A program made the position numbers and the translations under genes. From assembly GCA_041394705.1 (NCBI GenBank), contig JAWKHS010000007.1, positions 133,057 through 197,056 of the forward strand: a stretch of DNA of 64,000 nt. The letters run 5' to 3'. The notes below the pieces were generated by a model, which ran no database searches, was not told the origin of the DNA, and was given only the letters and a program-made list of their open reading frames with translations. Positions 1 through 9,059 of the stretch are shown one piece after another (the stretch's first letter is position 1; each line of letters starts with the position of its first letter). The stretch comes from Vicinamibacterales bacterium (GTDB lineage: Bacteria > Acidobacteriota > Vicinamibacteria > Vicinamibacterales > UBA2999).

Positions 1-2427
1 GGCGTCCGGATCGATGGGGACCAGGTTGATCTGCTCGGCCACCCAGCGGGTGATGGGCGTGTTGAAGTACTCGGCGGCGCCCACGACGAACATCTGCCGG
101 AAGACTCCGTACGGCAGGACGCTGCACAGGAGGAACGGATCCGGGTAGCCCTGGTGGTTGGGGCAGATCAGGTAGGGGCCCGACGCCGGCAGATGGTGGA
201 TCCCCTCGACCCGTACGCGCGCCAGCAGCCGGCCGGCGACGCGGGCGGCCAGCCAGAAGACGCGCGACGCGATCGGCCGCGACCGGAGCAGCCGGCCCAG
301 CACGGGATCGGTGTCCGGCGGCACCTCGTCCAGGATCGACGCCCAGCCGGCGTCGCCGGCGCCCTGGACCTGGCCTGCCGCCGGCCGGACGGCCTCCACG
401 AGCTGGCGCACCGTGAAGATCTCGTGGAGCACGGCCTCGGGAACGCTCACGCCGTAGCGCCGCTCGAGCTCGGTGAAGAGCTCCACCCGCTCCATGCTGT
501 CGAGCCCGAGATCGAGCTCGAGGTTGGCGTCGGGGCGCACGGCTGCGCCGCCCTTCGCGCGCGCCCCCACCACCGCGACGGCGTCGGCCACGTGCGGGTC
601 GTCGAGCCAGTCCTGATCGGCGCCGCTGGCCGGCCGCTCGGACTCGGCGTCACGGGCGGTCCTGCGCTCCTGGAGCATCCGCTGGATCTGGAAGCGCCGG
701 AGCTTGCCGGTCGTGGTCCGCGGCAACGGCTCGAACCACACGTCGTAGCCGAGCACGCGCTTGTGCGAGGGCAGAGACGCACCGGCGCTCTCCATCTCGA
801 AGCGCAGGAGCTCTCCGGCATTCGTGATCCTGCGCGCCTTGAGCACGTCGGCGTCGGGCACGACCACCGCGTGCAGCCGCTCGCTGGAGGGCTCGCCAGG
901 CCGCGCGACGCCGAGCACGCAGATCTCCTTGATCACGGCCGACTTCCGGTACTGGGCCTCGACCTCCTCGGGGTAGATGTTCTTGCCCGAGGCGAGCACG
1001 ATGACTTCCTTCTTGCGGCCCGTGATGGTGAGCCGGCCGGCCGCGTCGAGACGGCCGAGATCACCGGTGAGGAACCAGCCGTCGCGGAACACCTCGGCCG
1101 TGGCGTCGGGGCGGTTGTAGTACCCCTGCATCACGATGGGCCCGCGGATGGCGATCTCGCCGTCCTCGGCATCGCCGTCGGGCGGCATCAGCGTCAGCTC
1201 GTTCCCGGGCAGGATGCGGCCCACGGTGTCGATGTGCGCCTCGTCGGGCCGGTTGATCGTGGCCGCCCCCGACGTCTCGGTCAGCCCGTAGGCCTGCTGG
1301 ATGGTGAAGCCGAGCGCGTACAGGTCGCGCCCGATCGCCGGGTCGAACTTGGAGCCCCCCGTGATGAGCAGCCGCATGTGGCCGCCGAGGACGCGGTGGA
1401 CGCGGGCGAACAGCGTCGGACCGAGGTTGAGCCCCAGCGCCCGCAGGCGCAGGTTCAGGTGCAGCAGCCCGCCGAAGAGACCGCGCTTCAGCGCGCCGCC
1501 CTTGGCGACCTCGCCCATCACGCGCTGGTGGATGAGATAGAAGAACTGCGGGACACACGCGAAGATCGTGATCCGGCGCTCGGTCAGCGCCTTCAGCAGA
1601 TCGGTGGTGTTCAGCGTCTCGAGGTAGACGACGCGCGCGCCGACGGCGAAGGGCAGGAGCAGGTTCGCCATCTGCGCGAGCGAGTGGAAGAGCGGGAGCA
1701 CTCCAAGCACCGCGTCCCGCTGGTCCACGTCGACGACCGCGAAGGCGGACTCGCGCTCGCCGGCCAGGTTGCCGTGCGTGAGCACCACGCCCTTGGGATC
1801 CGACGTCGTGCCCGACGTGTAGAGGATGACCGCGGGATCGGACGCCTCGGCCGGGCACGGCGGCGCGCCTCCCGCGACCGGGCCGATCATGTCGTCGAGC
1901 GACGGGCCGAGGGCGGCAACGCTTCGGTGCATCCGGACCAGCGGGATCTGGAGACCGGCGGTCTCGGCGGTGGCGGCCAGGCGCTGCCCGACGAAGAGGA
2001 GGCGCGCGCCCGACGCGGCCACCACGGTCGCCACCTGCGAGGGCGAGTAGTTCGTGTCGAGGGGCACGGCCACGGCGCCCAGGCGCAGCAGGCCGAGATA
2101 CACCGCGCACCACCGGGCGTCGTTGTCGGCCAGGATCGCGCACCGGTCGCCGCGGGCCACGCCGTCGGCCGCGAGACGGGCCGCGATGCCTTCCGCCCAG
2201 GTCTTCAGGTCGCGGTAGGTGACCTGCTCGAGACCGGTGGCGCGCTGGATCTCCACGGCGACGTTGTTGCCGAAGCGGGCGGCCGCGTCGTCGAAGGTCT
2301 GCCAGAAGCTGGGCACGCGCCACTGAATTGTAGGCCAGCCCGTTCGGCAGGCCCGGGGCCGCGGGCCTGGGCCACGGCTTCCGGCCGTCGTCACCCACCC
2401 CGCGAGGTCCGCGAAGGCGGTCCGCAT
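1..2427 (-). CDS. Partial tri-domain fusion (3' end runs off the window): AMP-dependent acyl-CoA/acyl-ACP synthetase + phosphopantetheine carrier domain + PlsC-type acyltransferase (Aas-like)
   Basis: Absent from the ORF track because it has no stop inside the window. My own translation of the minus strand, in the frame whose plus-strand triplets start at position 1, is open from 2427 to 1. Motifs read: ILYTSGTTSDPKGVVLTHGN and QAYGLTETS (AMP-binding); GRKKEVIVLASGKNIYPEEVE; LGLDSMERVEL (carrier Ser); CPNHQGYPDP (HX4D acyltransferase). The start at ATG 2427 is a guess; the frame stays open further upstream. Confidence 0.8.
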   Translation of the reverse strand, partial: MRTAFADLAGWVTTAGSRGPGPRPRACRTGWPTIQWRVPSFWQTFDDAAARFGNNVAVEIQRATGLEQVTYRDLKTWAEGIAARLAADGVARGDRCAILADNDARWCAVYLGLLRLGAVAVPLDTNYSPSQVATVVAASGARLLFVGQRLAATAETAGLQIPLVRMHRSVAALGPSLDDMIGPVAGGAPPCPAEASDPAVILYTSGTTSDPKGVVLTHGNLAGERESAFAVVDVDQRDAVLGVLPLFHSLAQMANLLLPFAVGARVVYLETLNTTDLLKALTERRITIFACVPQFFYLIHQRVMGEVAKGGALKRGLFGGLLHLNLRLRALGLNLGPTLFARVHRVLGGHMRLLITGGSKFDPAIGRDLYALGFTIQQAYGLTETSGAATINRPDEAHIDTVGRILPGNELTLMPPDGDAEDGEIAIRGPIVMQGYYNRPDATAEVFRDGWFLTGDLGRLDAAGRLTITGRKKEVIVLASGKNIYPEEVEAQYRKSAVIKEICVLGVARPGEPSSERLHAVVVPDADVLKARRITNAGELLRFEMESAGASLPSHKRVLGYDVWFEPLPRTTTGKLRRFQIQRMLQERRTARDAESERPASGADQDWLDDPHVADAVAVVGARAKGGAAVRPDANLELDLGLDSMERVELFTELERRYGVSVPEAVLHEIFTVRQLVEAVRPAAGQVQGAGDAGWASILDEVPPDTDPVLGRLLRSRPIASRVFWLAARVAGRLLARVRVEGIHHLPASGPYLICPNHQGYPDPFLLCSVLPYGVFRQMFVVGAAEYFNTPITRWVAEQINLVPIDPDA

Positions 2428-2486
2428 GAGGCCTCGCGCCTGGGTGGCCAGGCGGGCGAGGCAGGCAGGTCCGGCCGGAGCGGCCG

Positions 2487-2846
2487 CTAGCCGGGAGACG
2501 GCACCGGCGTCACGGCGTCGCGGTCCTGCTCGCCGGTGCGGATGCGGTAGATCTTCTCGATCGGCAGCACCATGATCTTGCCGTCACCGACCTCGCCGGT
2601 CCGGGCGGCGCCGAGGATGGCGTCCACCGTGGGCTGCACGAACTCGTTCGAGACGCCGATCTCCAGCCGCACCTTCTCGGCCAGCGCCATCTTCACCGTC
2701 GTCCCGCGGTAGTTCTCGACGTGTTCCATCTCCCCGCCGTGCCCGTGCACGCGGCTGATGGTCAGCCCACGCACCTCGGCGTGGAAGAGCGCCTCGAGCA
2801 CGTCGCTCAGTTGCTCCGGCCGGACGATGGCCACGATCAGCTTCAT
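2487..2846 (-). CDS. glnK: P-II nitrogen regulatory protein (GlnK type, adjacent to amtB)
   Basis: 119-aa ORF starting MKLIVAIVRPEQL, with a T-loop carrying the conserved Tyr (VENYRG) and GDGKIMVLPIEKIYRIRTGE. Its ATG overlaps the amtB stop (ATGA at 2843-2846). Confidence 0.9.
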   Translation of the reverse strand: MKLIVAIVRPEQLSDVLEALFHAEVRGLTISRVHGHGGEMEHVENYRGTTVKMALAEKVRLEIGVSNEFVQPTVDAILGAARTGEVGDGKIMVLPIEKIYRIRTGEQDRDAVTPVPSPG

Positions 2847-4132
2847 GTGCGGCTCCCGCCGGGCAGCGCGATGGCCTCGCCGGCGGCCTGCGGGTAGCCG
2901 ACGTCACGGTGCGCGACCAGAATGGCGCCGTCACCGCCGGTGTAGGCCTCCTCGCCGTGCTCGGTCACGTCCAGGCCCACGCCCTCGTACCTGCGGCTGA
3001 TGCGGAGGTCGAGCACGAGTCCCAGGACCTTCAGGATCACGAACGACGCAGTGCCGCTGTAGGCCGCCACGATGAGCACCGACAGCGCCTGCACGCCGAC
3101 CTGGCCGACGTTGCCGGCGATGAGGCCGGAAGGCCCGCCGCTCCACGCCGGGTCCGCGAAGATGCCCGTGAGCATCGCGCCGGTGGCGCCGCCAAGGCCG
3201 TGCGCGGCGACGACGTCCAGCGAGTCGTCCAGCTTGGTGCGGGCGCGGTAGATGAGGGCGAAGTAGCTCGGTCCGGCGGCGATCGCGCCAATCGCCAGCG
3301 CGGCGGCCGGCCCGACGTAGCCCGCGGCCGGCGTGACCGCGACCAGGCCGACGACGATGGCGGTGGCGGCGCCGATCGCGGTGACCCGGCCCTCGCGCGC
3401 CAGGTCGATGGCCGTCCAGACCGCGAGCGTGGCGGCCGGCGCCAGCAGCGTGTTCGCGAACGCCAGCGCCGCGGTCGGCGAGGCCCCGAGGGCGCTTCCG
3501 GCGTTGAACCCGAACCAGCCGAACCAGAGAAGCCCCGTGCCCAGCAGCGTGAACGGCACGTTGTGCGGCAGCATCGCGTGCCGCCCGTAGTCCTTGCGGG
3601 GCCCGACCACGAGCGCGGCGACGAGGGCGGCCGACGCGGCGTTCACGTGCACCACCGCGCCGCCGGCGAAGTCGAGGGCGCCGAGCGTGCCGAGGACGCC
3701 GCCGCCCCACACCCAGTGCGCCACGGGCGCGTAGACCAGCAGCACCCACGCCACGATGAACGCGAGATACGCGCTGAATCTGAGCCGCTCGACGACGGCT
3801 CCCGAGATGAGCGCGGCCGTGATGATGGCGAACGTCCCCTGGTAGGCCATGAAGAGCACGTGCGGGATGGCGCCGTGCGCCTCGAGGCCGACGCCGCGCA
3901 GGCCGGCGTACTCGAGCGAGCCGACGAGCGAACTGCCGGAGCCGAACGCCAGTGAGTAGCCCGCCAGGGCCCAGACGACCGTGATCGGGCCCAGGGCCGA
4001 GAAACTCATCATCAGGGTGTTGAGCGTGTTCTTGGACCGGACCATGCCCCCGTAGAAGAAGCCGAGGGCCGGTGTCATGAGGAGGACGAGAGCGGTGGAC
4101 ACGAGCATCCACGCGGTGTCCGCGGTGAGCAT
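2843..4132 (-). CDS. amtB: Ammonium transporter (Amt family)
   Basis: Amt N-terminus DTAWMLVSTALVLLMTPALGFFYGGMVR, polytopic membrane sequence throughout. The track ORF starts at TTG 4168; ATG 4132 gives the usual Amt N-terminus. Confidence 0.9.
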   Translation of the reverse strand: MLTADTAWMLVSTALVLLMTPALGFFYGGMVRSKNTLNTLMMSFSALGPITVVWALAGYSLAFGSGSSLVGSLEYAGLRGVGLEAHGAIPHVLFMAYQGTFAIITAALISGAVVERLRFSAYLAFIVAWVLLVYAPVAHWVWGGGVLGTLGALDFAGGAVVHVNAASAALVAALVVGPRKDYGRHAMLPHNVPFTLLGTGLLWFGWFGFNAGSALGASPTAALAFANTLLAPAATLAVWTAIDLAREGRVTAIGAATAIVVGLVAVTPAAGYVGPAAALAIGAIAAGPSYFALIYRARTKLDDSLDVVAAHGLGGATGAMLTGIFADPAWSGGPSGLIAGNVGQVGVQALSVLIVAAYSGTASFVILKVLGLVLDLRISRRYEGVGLDVTEHGEEAYTGGDGAILVAHRDVGYPQAAGEAIALPGGSRT

Positions 4133-4152
4133 GCGGATATTGAATCGAATAC

Positions 4153-4174
4153 CTCGTATCGTGTCCAATACGAG
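4153..4174 (-). promoter_or_regulatory. Perfect 7-bp inverted repeat CTCGTAT-N8-ATACGAG in the amtB leader (operator or 5'-UTR hairpin candidate)
   Basis: Read directly. Lies 21-42 nt upstream of ATG 4132 in a locally AT-richer patch. No binding factor can be assigned. Confidence 0.3.
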
Positions 4175-4264
4175 ATAGTTCTCGATTCCATCGCCGGCGG
4201 GACGCGCCTTGCCGGCGCCTCCCGGACCGGGCTGGAATGGCGCGGCGCGGGCCGCGCCCTGAGC

Positions 4265-5740
4265 TCAGTTGGCCCTGCGCACGACGAGGCTCTTCCCGGC
4301 GAAGGCGGCCGGGTCGATCGGGCCGACGGCCTGCACCTTGCGACCGTTCGCGCTCATGAAGGTGACCTCCACCCTGACGGGCTGCGCCGCGGCCAGGCCG
4401 AAGTGCACGGGGGCCGCCCGTTGGGAGTTGTAGCCGCCGCCCGTCACGACCTGGCGCGCGCCGAGCACCTTGCCGGCACGATCGAACAGCCGCACCTCGG
4501 CGCCGAATTGCGTCTGGTGCCCCTTCGCGTCGAGGACGAGCACGCTCAGGCTGCGCCTCTTCGCCGCCGCGGGCAGGTCGTTCCTGAACAGGAAGTGGCC
4601 GCCCACCGGGCCGTACCCGTCGGTGAGGCTGAGGTCGATGCCGCCGTCGTTGTCGTAGTCGACGAACTGGACGCCGTGATCGGCCTTGTTCAAGGGGCTG
4701 TCCCTGGTGATGACGTTCACGAAGCCCTTCGCGCCGTCGTTCCGGAAGAACGCGTTCACCGGCTGCTGCTGCCCCACCGGCCCCTCGTAGGACGCGACGA
4801 ACAGGTCGAGATCGCCGTCGTTGTCGATGTCGCCGAAGTCGGCGCTCACGGCGTGGTTCTCCACGCCCACGCCGACCTGCCGGCCGACGTCGGTGAAGGT
4901 CCCGTTGCCGTTGTTCTTGTAGAGCTGATTGTGGCCGTAGTTGGGGACGAAGATATCGAGGTGGCCGTCGTTGTCGAAGTCGGCCACGGCGCATCCGACG
5001 CCGCCCTCGTCCTTCGTGCGCGGCGGTCCGGTCATCTTGAGCTGCGGGGCCACGTCGGTGAACGACGCGCCGTCGTTGCGCCACATGGCATCGGCGGCAC
5101 CGGACTGGTTCGCCAGGAACAGGTCGAGATCGCCGTCGCCGTCCATGTCGAGCCAGCAGGCGCCCACCGTGGGCCGCGGGTCGGTCGGGCCGGCGCCCGC
5201 GAAGACGCGGACGAACGTCCCGCCATCGTTCCGGAACAGCATGTTGTCGCCGGTGCGATCGGTCGAGTAGACGTCCAGGTCGCCGTCGTTGTCGTAGTCC
5301 ACCCAGTTGGTCTGGCGGGCCGACCGGCCGGGAATGGTGAGGCCAAGTTCCGCCGCGACGTCCACGAAGCGGCCGTTGTCGTTCCGGAACACCTTCGTCA
5401 GCTTGTCGTTCGCCGTGGCCCCGCCCAGCAGGTCGATGTCGCCGTCGCCGTCGTAGTCGCCCCAGCTCAGGCCGCGCAGCTCGTAGCTCGCGCCGCCGCC
5501 CTGGGGCAGGCCCACCTGGGCGCCGACGCTGGTCAGCGTGCCCTTGTCGTTGCGGTACAGGCGCACCTCGCCGGTGCCGAGCGACACGGCGAGATCGAGG
5601 TCGCCGTCGTTGTCGTAGTCGCCCCAGGTGTTCGAGTAGGAGTTCGGGACCGAGAACAGATCCGTCTGGATCGAGGTGAACGTCGGCGCGTCGGCGAAGA
5701 GGGCCGCGGCCACGATGGCGGCGACGAGTCGGGGTGTCAT
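4265..5740 (-). CDS. Secreted FG-GAP/VCBS-repeat protein with ASPIC/UnbV-like C-terminus (CRTAC1-like)
   Basis: Repeated calcium-loop motifs GDYDNDGDLDL, DYDGDGDIDL, DMDGDGDLDL, DFDNDGHLDI, DIDNDGDLDL, DYDNDGGIDL. C-terminal segment VTGGGYNSQRAAPVHFGL. Signal-like N-terminus from ATG 5740 (MTPRLVAAIVAAALFA). Confidence 0.8.
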   Translation of the reverse strand: MTPRLVAAIVAAALFADAPTFTSIQTDLFSVPNSYSNTWGDYDNDGDLDLAVSLGTGEVRLYRNDKGTLTSVGAQVGLPQGGGASYELRGLSWGDYDGDGDIDLLGGATANDKLTKVFRNDNGRFVDVAAELGLTIPGRSARQTNWVDYDNDGDLDVYSTDRTGDNMLFRNDGGTFVRVFAGAGPTDPRPTVGACWLDMDGDGDLDLFLANQSGAADAMWRNDGASFTDVAPQLKMTGPPRTKDEGGVGCAVADFDNDGHLDIFVPNYGHNQLYKNNGNGTFTDVGRQVGVGVENHAVSADFGDIDNDGDLDLFVASYEGPVGQQQPVNAFFRNDGAKGFVNVITRDSPLNKADHGVQFVDYDNDGGIDLSLTDGYGPVGGHFLFRNDLPAAAKRRSLSVLVLDAKGHQTQFGAEVRLFDRAGKVLGARQVVTGGGYNSQRAAPVHFGLAAAQPVRVEVTFMSANGRKVQAVGPIDPAAFAGKSLVVRRAN

Positions 5741-5845
5741 GGCTGCAGCGCCGTCCTTTCGTGGCGGACCGCCCGGGCCCGCGCGGCGGCCGCGTCGGCG
5801 GCCGCCCGGCAGCATCGTCGCACAAGACGGCGCCGGCAGGGCGCC

Positions 5846-7486
5846 TCAGGGCGTCCAGGGGACGCCAGCATCGCGATGGAAGTTGACGCCGAGCGCGGCC
5901 AGTCGCGGCCCCTGGGCGGCAAGGCGGAGCCGGAACTCCTCCCACCCTCGCCGCGCCGCATCGCTCCAGCCGACCTCGGCCAACGCGGCCAGCCGGGGGA
6001 AGGCCAGGTGCTCGGCCTCGTCGATGGTGGCGATGGTCTCGGACCAGAGTGGCGCCTCGACACCGAGCACGGCCTGGGCCGGCACGCCGGCGGTGGCCAC
6101 CGGGTCCCAGTCGTAGGCGGTGCGGACGTCGATGACGGCGGCCCAGGTCTGTCCGATGGGGGTCGCCGGATCGGGCTTCATGTCGATGTAGGCCCTGTCG
6201 GCGATGGAGACCACCACCTTCGCGCCCTTCGCGACCGCGGCCGCCGCCGTGGTCTTCGGACGCCAGTGCTGCACGACCGTCGTCTCGCGCAGCCGCGCCG
6301 CCCCGATCTCGTCCCAGCCGATCATGCGCTTGCCGTGCGCCCCGACGATGTCCTGGACCCGCTCGACGAAGCCCACGTACTGCGCGGGCGTCAGGCGCTC
6401 CACCTCGTCGCCACCCATGTGGAACCACTCACCGGGCGTCAGCGCCGCCAGCTCCCGCACCACGTCGTCGATGAACGAATAGGTGGACTCGCGGTCCACG
6501 CAGAGCACGCTGAAGCCCACCTGCACGCCCGAGTACGGCGCCGGGGCCGCGCCGTCGCAGTTCAGAGCCGGGTAGGAGGTCAGCGCGGCGTTGGTGTGCC
6601 CCGGCATGTCGATCTCGGGCACGATGGTGATGAAGCGCTCGGCCGCGTACCGGACGATGGCGGTGTAGTCGTCCTTGGTGTAGAACCCTCCGCGTCCGCC
6701 CCCGACCTCGCTGGCGCCGCCCTTCTCCGTGAGATCGGGCCACGAGTCGATGACGACGCGCCAGCCCTGGTCGTCGGAGAGGTGCAGGTGCAGGCGGTTC
6801 AGCTTGTAGACGGTCATCAGGTCGATGAACCGCTGCACGTCCGCCACGGGGAAGAAGTGGCGCGAGACGTCGAGCATCGCACCACGCCACTCGAAGCGCG
6901 GCGCGTCCTCGATGCGGACGGCCGGCACCCGCACGGGCCGCGCGACGTCGGGACGCACGGCCTGGAACTCGACCAACGGCGGCAACAGCTGGCGCAGCGT
7001 CTGCACGCCGCGGAACACGCCCGCAGGCTCTCGTCCGCGAATCGTGACCCGGTCCGGCGTGACGTGGAGCGCGTAGGCCTCGGCGCCCACGGGGCCCTCT
7101 CCCAGTTCCAGCACGATCGCGCCCGGCGGTACGGCGCCGCCGGGCGCCACGATGGCTGGCGGCGTGGGCGCGGCCGCGGTGCCGATGAGGTCCCGGAGGA
7201 ACCGGGCGATGCCGCGGAGCCGCTCGTCGTCGGTGCCGAGGACGATGGCGGTGCCAGCGGTGACGGCGAAGGGCTCCATCCCCGTCGGCTCCACGACTCG
7301 CGGCAGCGGCACGAGGCCCAGATTCGGAACGGTCGCCCTGGTCATCTCCGGCGCTCCGGTTCGAGGCGGCCGGGCGGCGCATCCCGCCAGGAGCGCCGCG
7401 GCGGCGATCGCGGCGAAGGCCCGCACGAATCGCCGCCGGCGTGGCCGTGCCCCGTGGCGTCGGTGGGATGCGTCGCGAGGCGCCAT
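5846..7486 (-). CDS. Beta-N-acetylhexosaminidase (glycoside hydrolase family 20), probable lipoprotein
   Basis: RFEWRGAMLDVSRHFF, LNRLHLHLSDDQGWR, EIDMPGHTNAAL, WFHMGGDEV. The start is moved to ATG 7486 (signal ending LLAGCA) because the track ORF start at 7702 would overlap the upstream porin gene. Confidence 0.85.
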   Translation of the reverse strand: MAPRDASHRRHGARPRRRRFVRAFAAIAAAALLAGCAARPPRTGAPEMTRATVPNLGLVPLPRVVEPTGMEPFAVTAGTAIVLGTDDERLRGIARFLRDLIGTAAAPTPPAIVAPGGAVPPGAIVLELGEGPVGAEAYALHVTPDRVTIRGREPAGVFRGVQTLRQLLPPLVEFQAVRPDVARPVRVPAVRIEDAPRFEWRGAMLDVSRHFFPVADVQRFIDLMTVYKLNRLHLHLSDDQGWRVVIDSWPDLTEKGGASEVGGGRGGFYTKDDYTAIVRYAAERFITIVPEIDMPGHTNAALTSYPALNCDGAAPAPYSGVQVGFSVLCVDRESTYSFIDDVVRELAALTPGEWFHMGGDEVERLTPAQYVGFVERVQDIVGAHGKRMIGWDEIGAARLRETTVVQHWRPKTTAAAAVAKGAKVVVSIADRAYIDMKPDPATPIGQTWAAVIDVRTAYDWDPVATAGVPAQAVLGVEAPLWSETIATIDEAEHLAFPRLAALAEVGWSDAARRGWEEFRLRLAAQGPRLAALGVNFHRDAGVPWTP

Positions 7487-7553
7487 GGCGTCGCCAGGCG
7501 GCGAGTCTACCACCGGCCCGCGAGCGCCACGAACCGCGCGGCGGCCGTGCGCG

Positions 7554-8990
7554 TCAGTAGTTCCACTGCACCTGCAGGCCCAGGCGATTGGCGCCCCGCG
7601 TCTCGGCGAACGGGAACGCGCTCGTCCGCGTGCGCCGGAACGTGTGCGTGAAGAGCCCCGTGATCTCCACCTCGGCCCACTTCGCGAACTCGACGCCGAC
7701 ATCCATCTCGTTCACGCGATCGGCGGGCGCGTTCCTGGCGAACTTCCTCGCCCCGTCGTAGTACTGCCAGCGCGTGAAGGGCAGCCAGGTGCCGAGGGCG
7801 TTGTTGGCGCGGTAGCTGAACTGCACGTAGCCGCCGTGGAGCGATTGCGACGTGATGCTCCGGAGGTCGTCGGCGATCTGCGGTCCCTTGCCCACGTTCC
7901 ACTCGGCCTCGATGCCGAACGGCTGCGGGAAGAGCACGGCCGTGACGCCCACGCGCTCGTCGAGCACGCCGGACGACTGCTGCGCGGGCGTGAACGTCGC
8001 GCCCCCGGACGTGATGGCCTGGGTGGGAGCGACGAAGCGGCCGCGGTAGGCCTGGACGCCGAGCTCGTAGTAGCGGCCACCCCTGGTCCGGAAGGGATAC
8101 GCCGCGCGCACGACCACGTGCGGATCACCGTTCTGGTCGGAGCGGTTCAGTCCCTGGCCGGAGTAGGCGCCGATCGCCAGGACGCCGTAGTCGCCCGATC
8201 CCTTGAGGCGGGCGTTCGCCAGGTCGCGGAAGCGCTGCTTTGCCGTCGCGCCGGCCCACATCAGCGCGGCGCCCAGGTCGCGCTCGCCCTCGACCGCGCT
8301 GTTCATGGCATCCGGGCGCTCGAACGCGGCGCGGTTCGAGCTCGATTGCATGTTGACGAAGCCGAAGGGCACCTTCGACTGCCCCAGACGGATCCGGTAG
8401 GTCTTGGCGCCGTCCAGCCACACGTCGCCGTACAGGTCGCGCATCTGGACCGCGAAGTCGCCGCTGCCGGTGGAACCGGCGAAGTCGCTCTGCGCGTAGA
8501 GCGACAGGTGCGGCGCCACATCGCCCTGAATCACCACGCGGCCGCGCCGGAGCTGAAAGCTCTCGTTGGCATTGACCGAGCGGTCGGGGGGGATCTCGAG
8601 CGCCGCGCCGCTGCCGCCATCGACCTCCGAGTAGCGCAGCTGCGAGTAGCCGCGAATGGAGAGCCGCTCGTACCACTTGCCCGCCAGGGCCGCCTGGACG
8701 ACCGGGGCCGGCGCGCCCGTCGTCGCCGCCTTCACCTCCGCGATCGCCCTGTCCTGCTCGAGGTCCTTGGCCGACGCCGCGCTCGCGGCCGGCGCGGGTG
8801 CCGGGGCGTCGGGCGCTTCGGCCACGGCGCGGATCTCCTCGTACTCCTGGGCCGAGATCGAGCCGCGATCCCTGAGCACCTGCAGGAGGCGCAGGATGGC
8901 GGTGTTCGAGGCCCTGGCGGGAACCGGGACGGCCAACAGGAGGAACAGGGCGGCCCAGACGGCGGTGACGGCGCGACGCGGAGTACACAT
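7554..8990 (-). CDS. Phosphate-selective porin O/P family outer-membrane protein
   Basis: Signal peptide from ATG 8990 (MCTPRRAVTAVWAALFLLLAVPVPARA). N-terminal LLQVLRDRGSISAQEYEEI helix typical of the family. Alternating beta-strand pattern with C-terminal GLQVQWNY. Confidence 0.7.
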   Translation of the reverse strand: MCTPRRAVTAVWAALFLLLAVPVPARASNTAILRLLQVLRDRGSISAQEYEEIRAVAEAPDAPAPAPAASAASAKDLEQDRAIAEVKAATTGAPAPVVQAALAGKWYERLSIRGYSQLRYSEVDGGSGAALEIPPDRSVNANESFQLRRGRVVIQGDVAPHLSLYAQSDFAGSTGSGDFAVQMRDLYGDVWLDGAKTYRIRLGQSKVPFGFVNMQSSSNRAAFERPDAMNSAVEGERDLGAALMWAGATAKQRFRDLANARLKGSGDYGVLAIGAYSGQGLNRSDQNGDPHVVVRAAYPFRTRGGRYYELGVQAYRGRFVAPTQAITSGGATFTPAQQSSGVLDERVGVTAVLFPQPFGIEAEWNVGKGPQIADDLRSITSQSLHGGYVQFSYRANNALGTWLPFTRWQYYDGARKFARNAPADRVNEMDVGVEFAKWAEVEITGLFTHTFRRTRTSAFPFAETRGANRLGLQVQWNY

Positions 8991-9036
8991 GCGCCATACA
9001 TGTACGAAACACATATTTCGCACACGTATCGGCGAT

Positions 9037-9055
9037 GTTACGGATGCGTTACGGA
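9037..9055 (-). promoter_or_regulatory. Direct repeat TCCGTAAC-GCA-TCCGTAAC (11-bp period) upstream of the porin gene; candidate PhoB/OmpR-family box
   Basis: Read directly: plus strand GTTACGGA at 9037-9044 and 9048-9055. Lies 47-65 nt upstream of ATG 8990. The 11-bp phasing is what winged-helix response regulators use. Confidence 0.35.
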
Positions 9056-9059
9056 CGGG

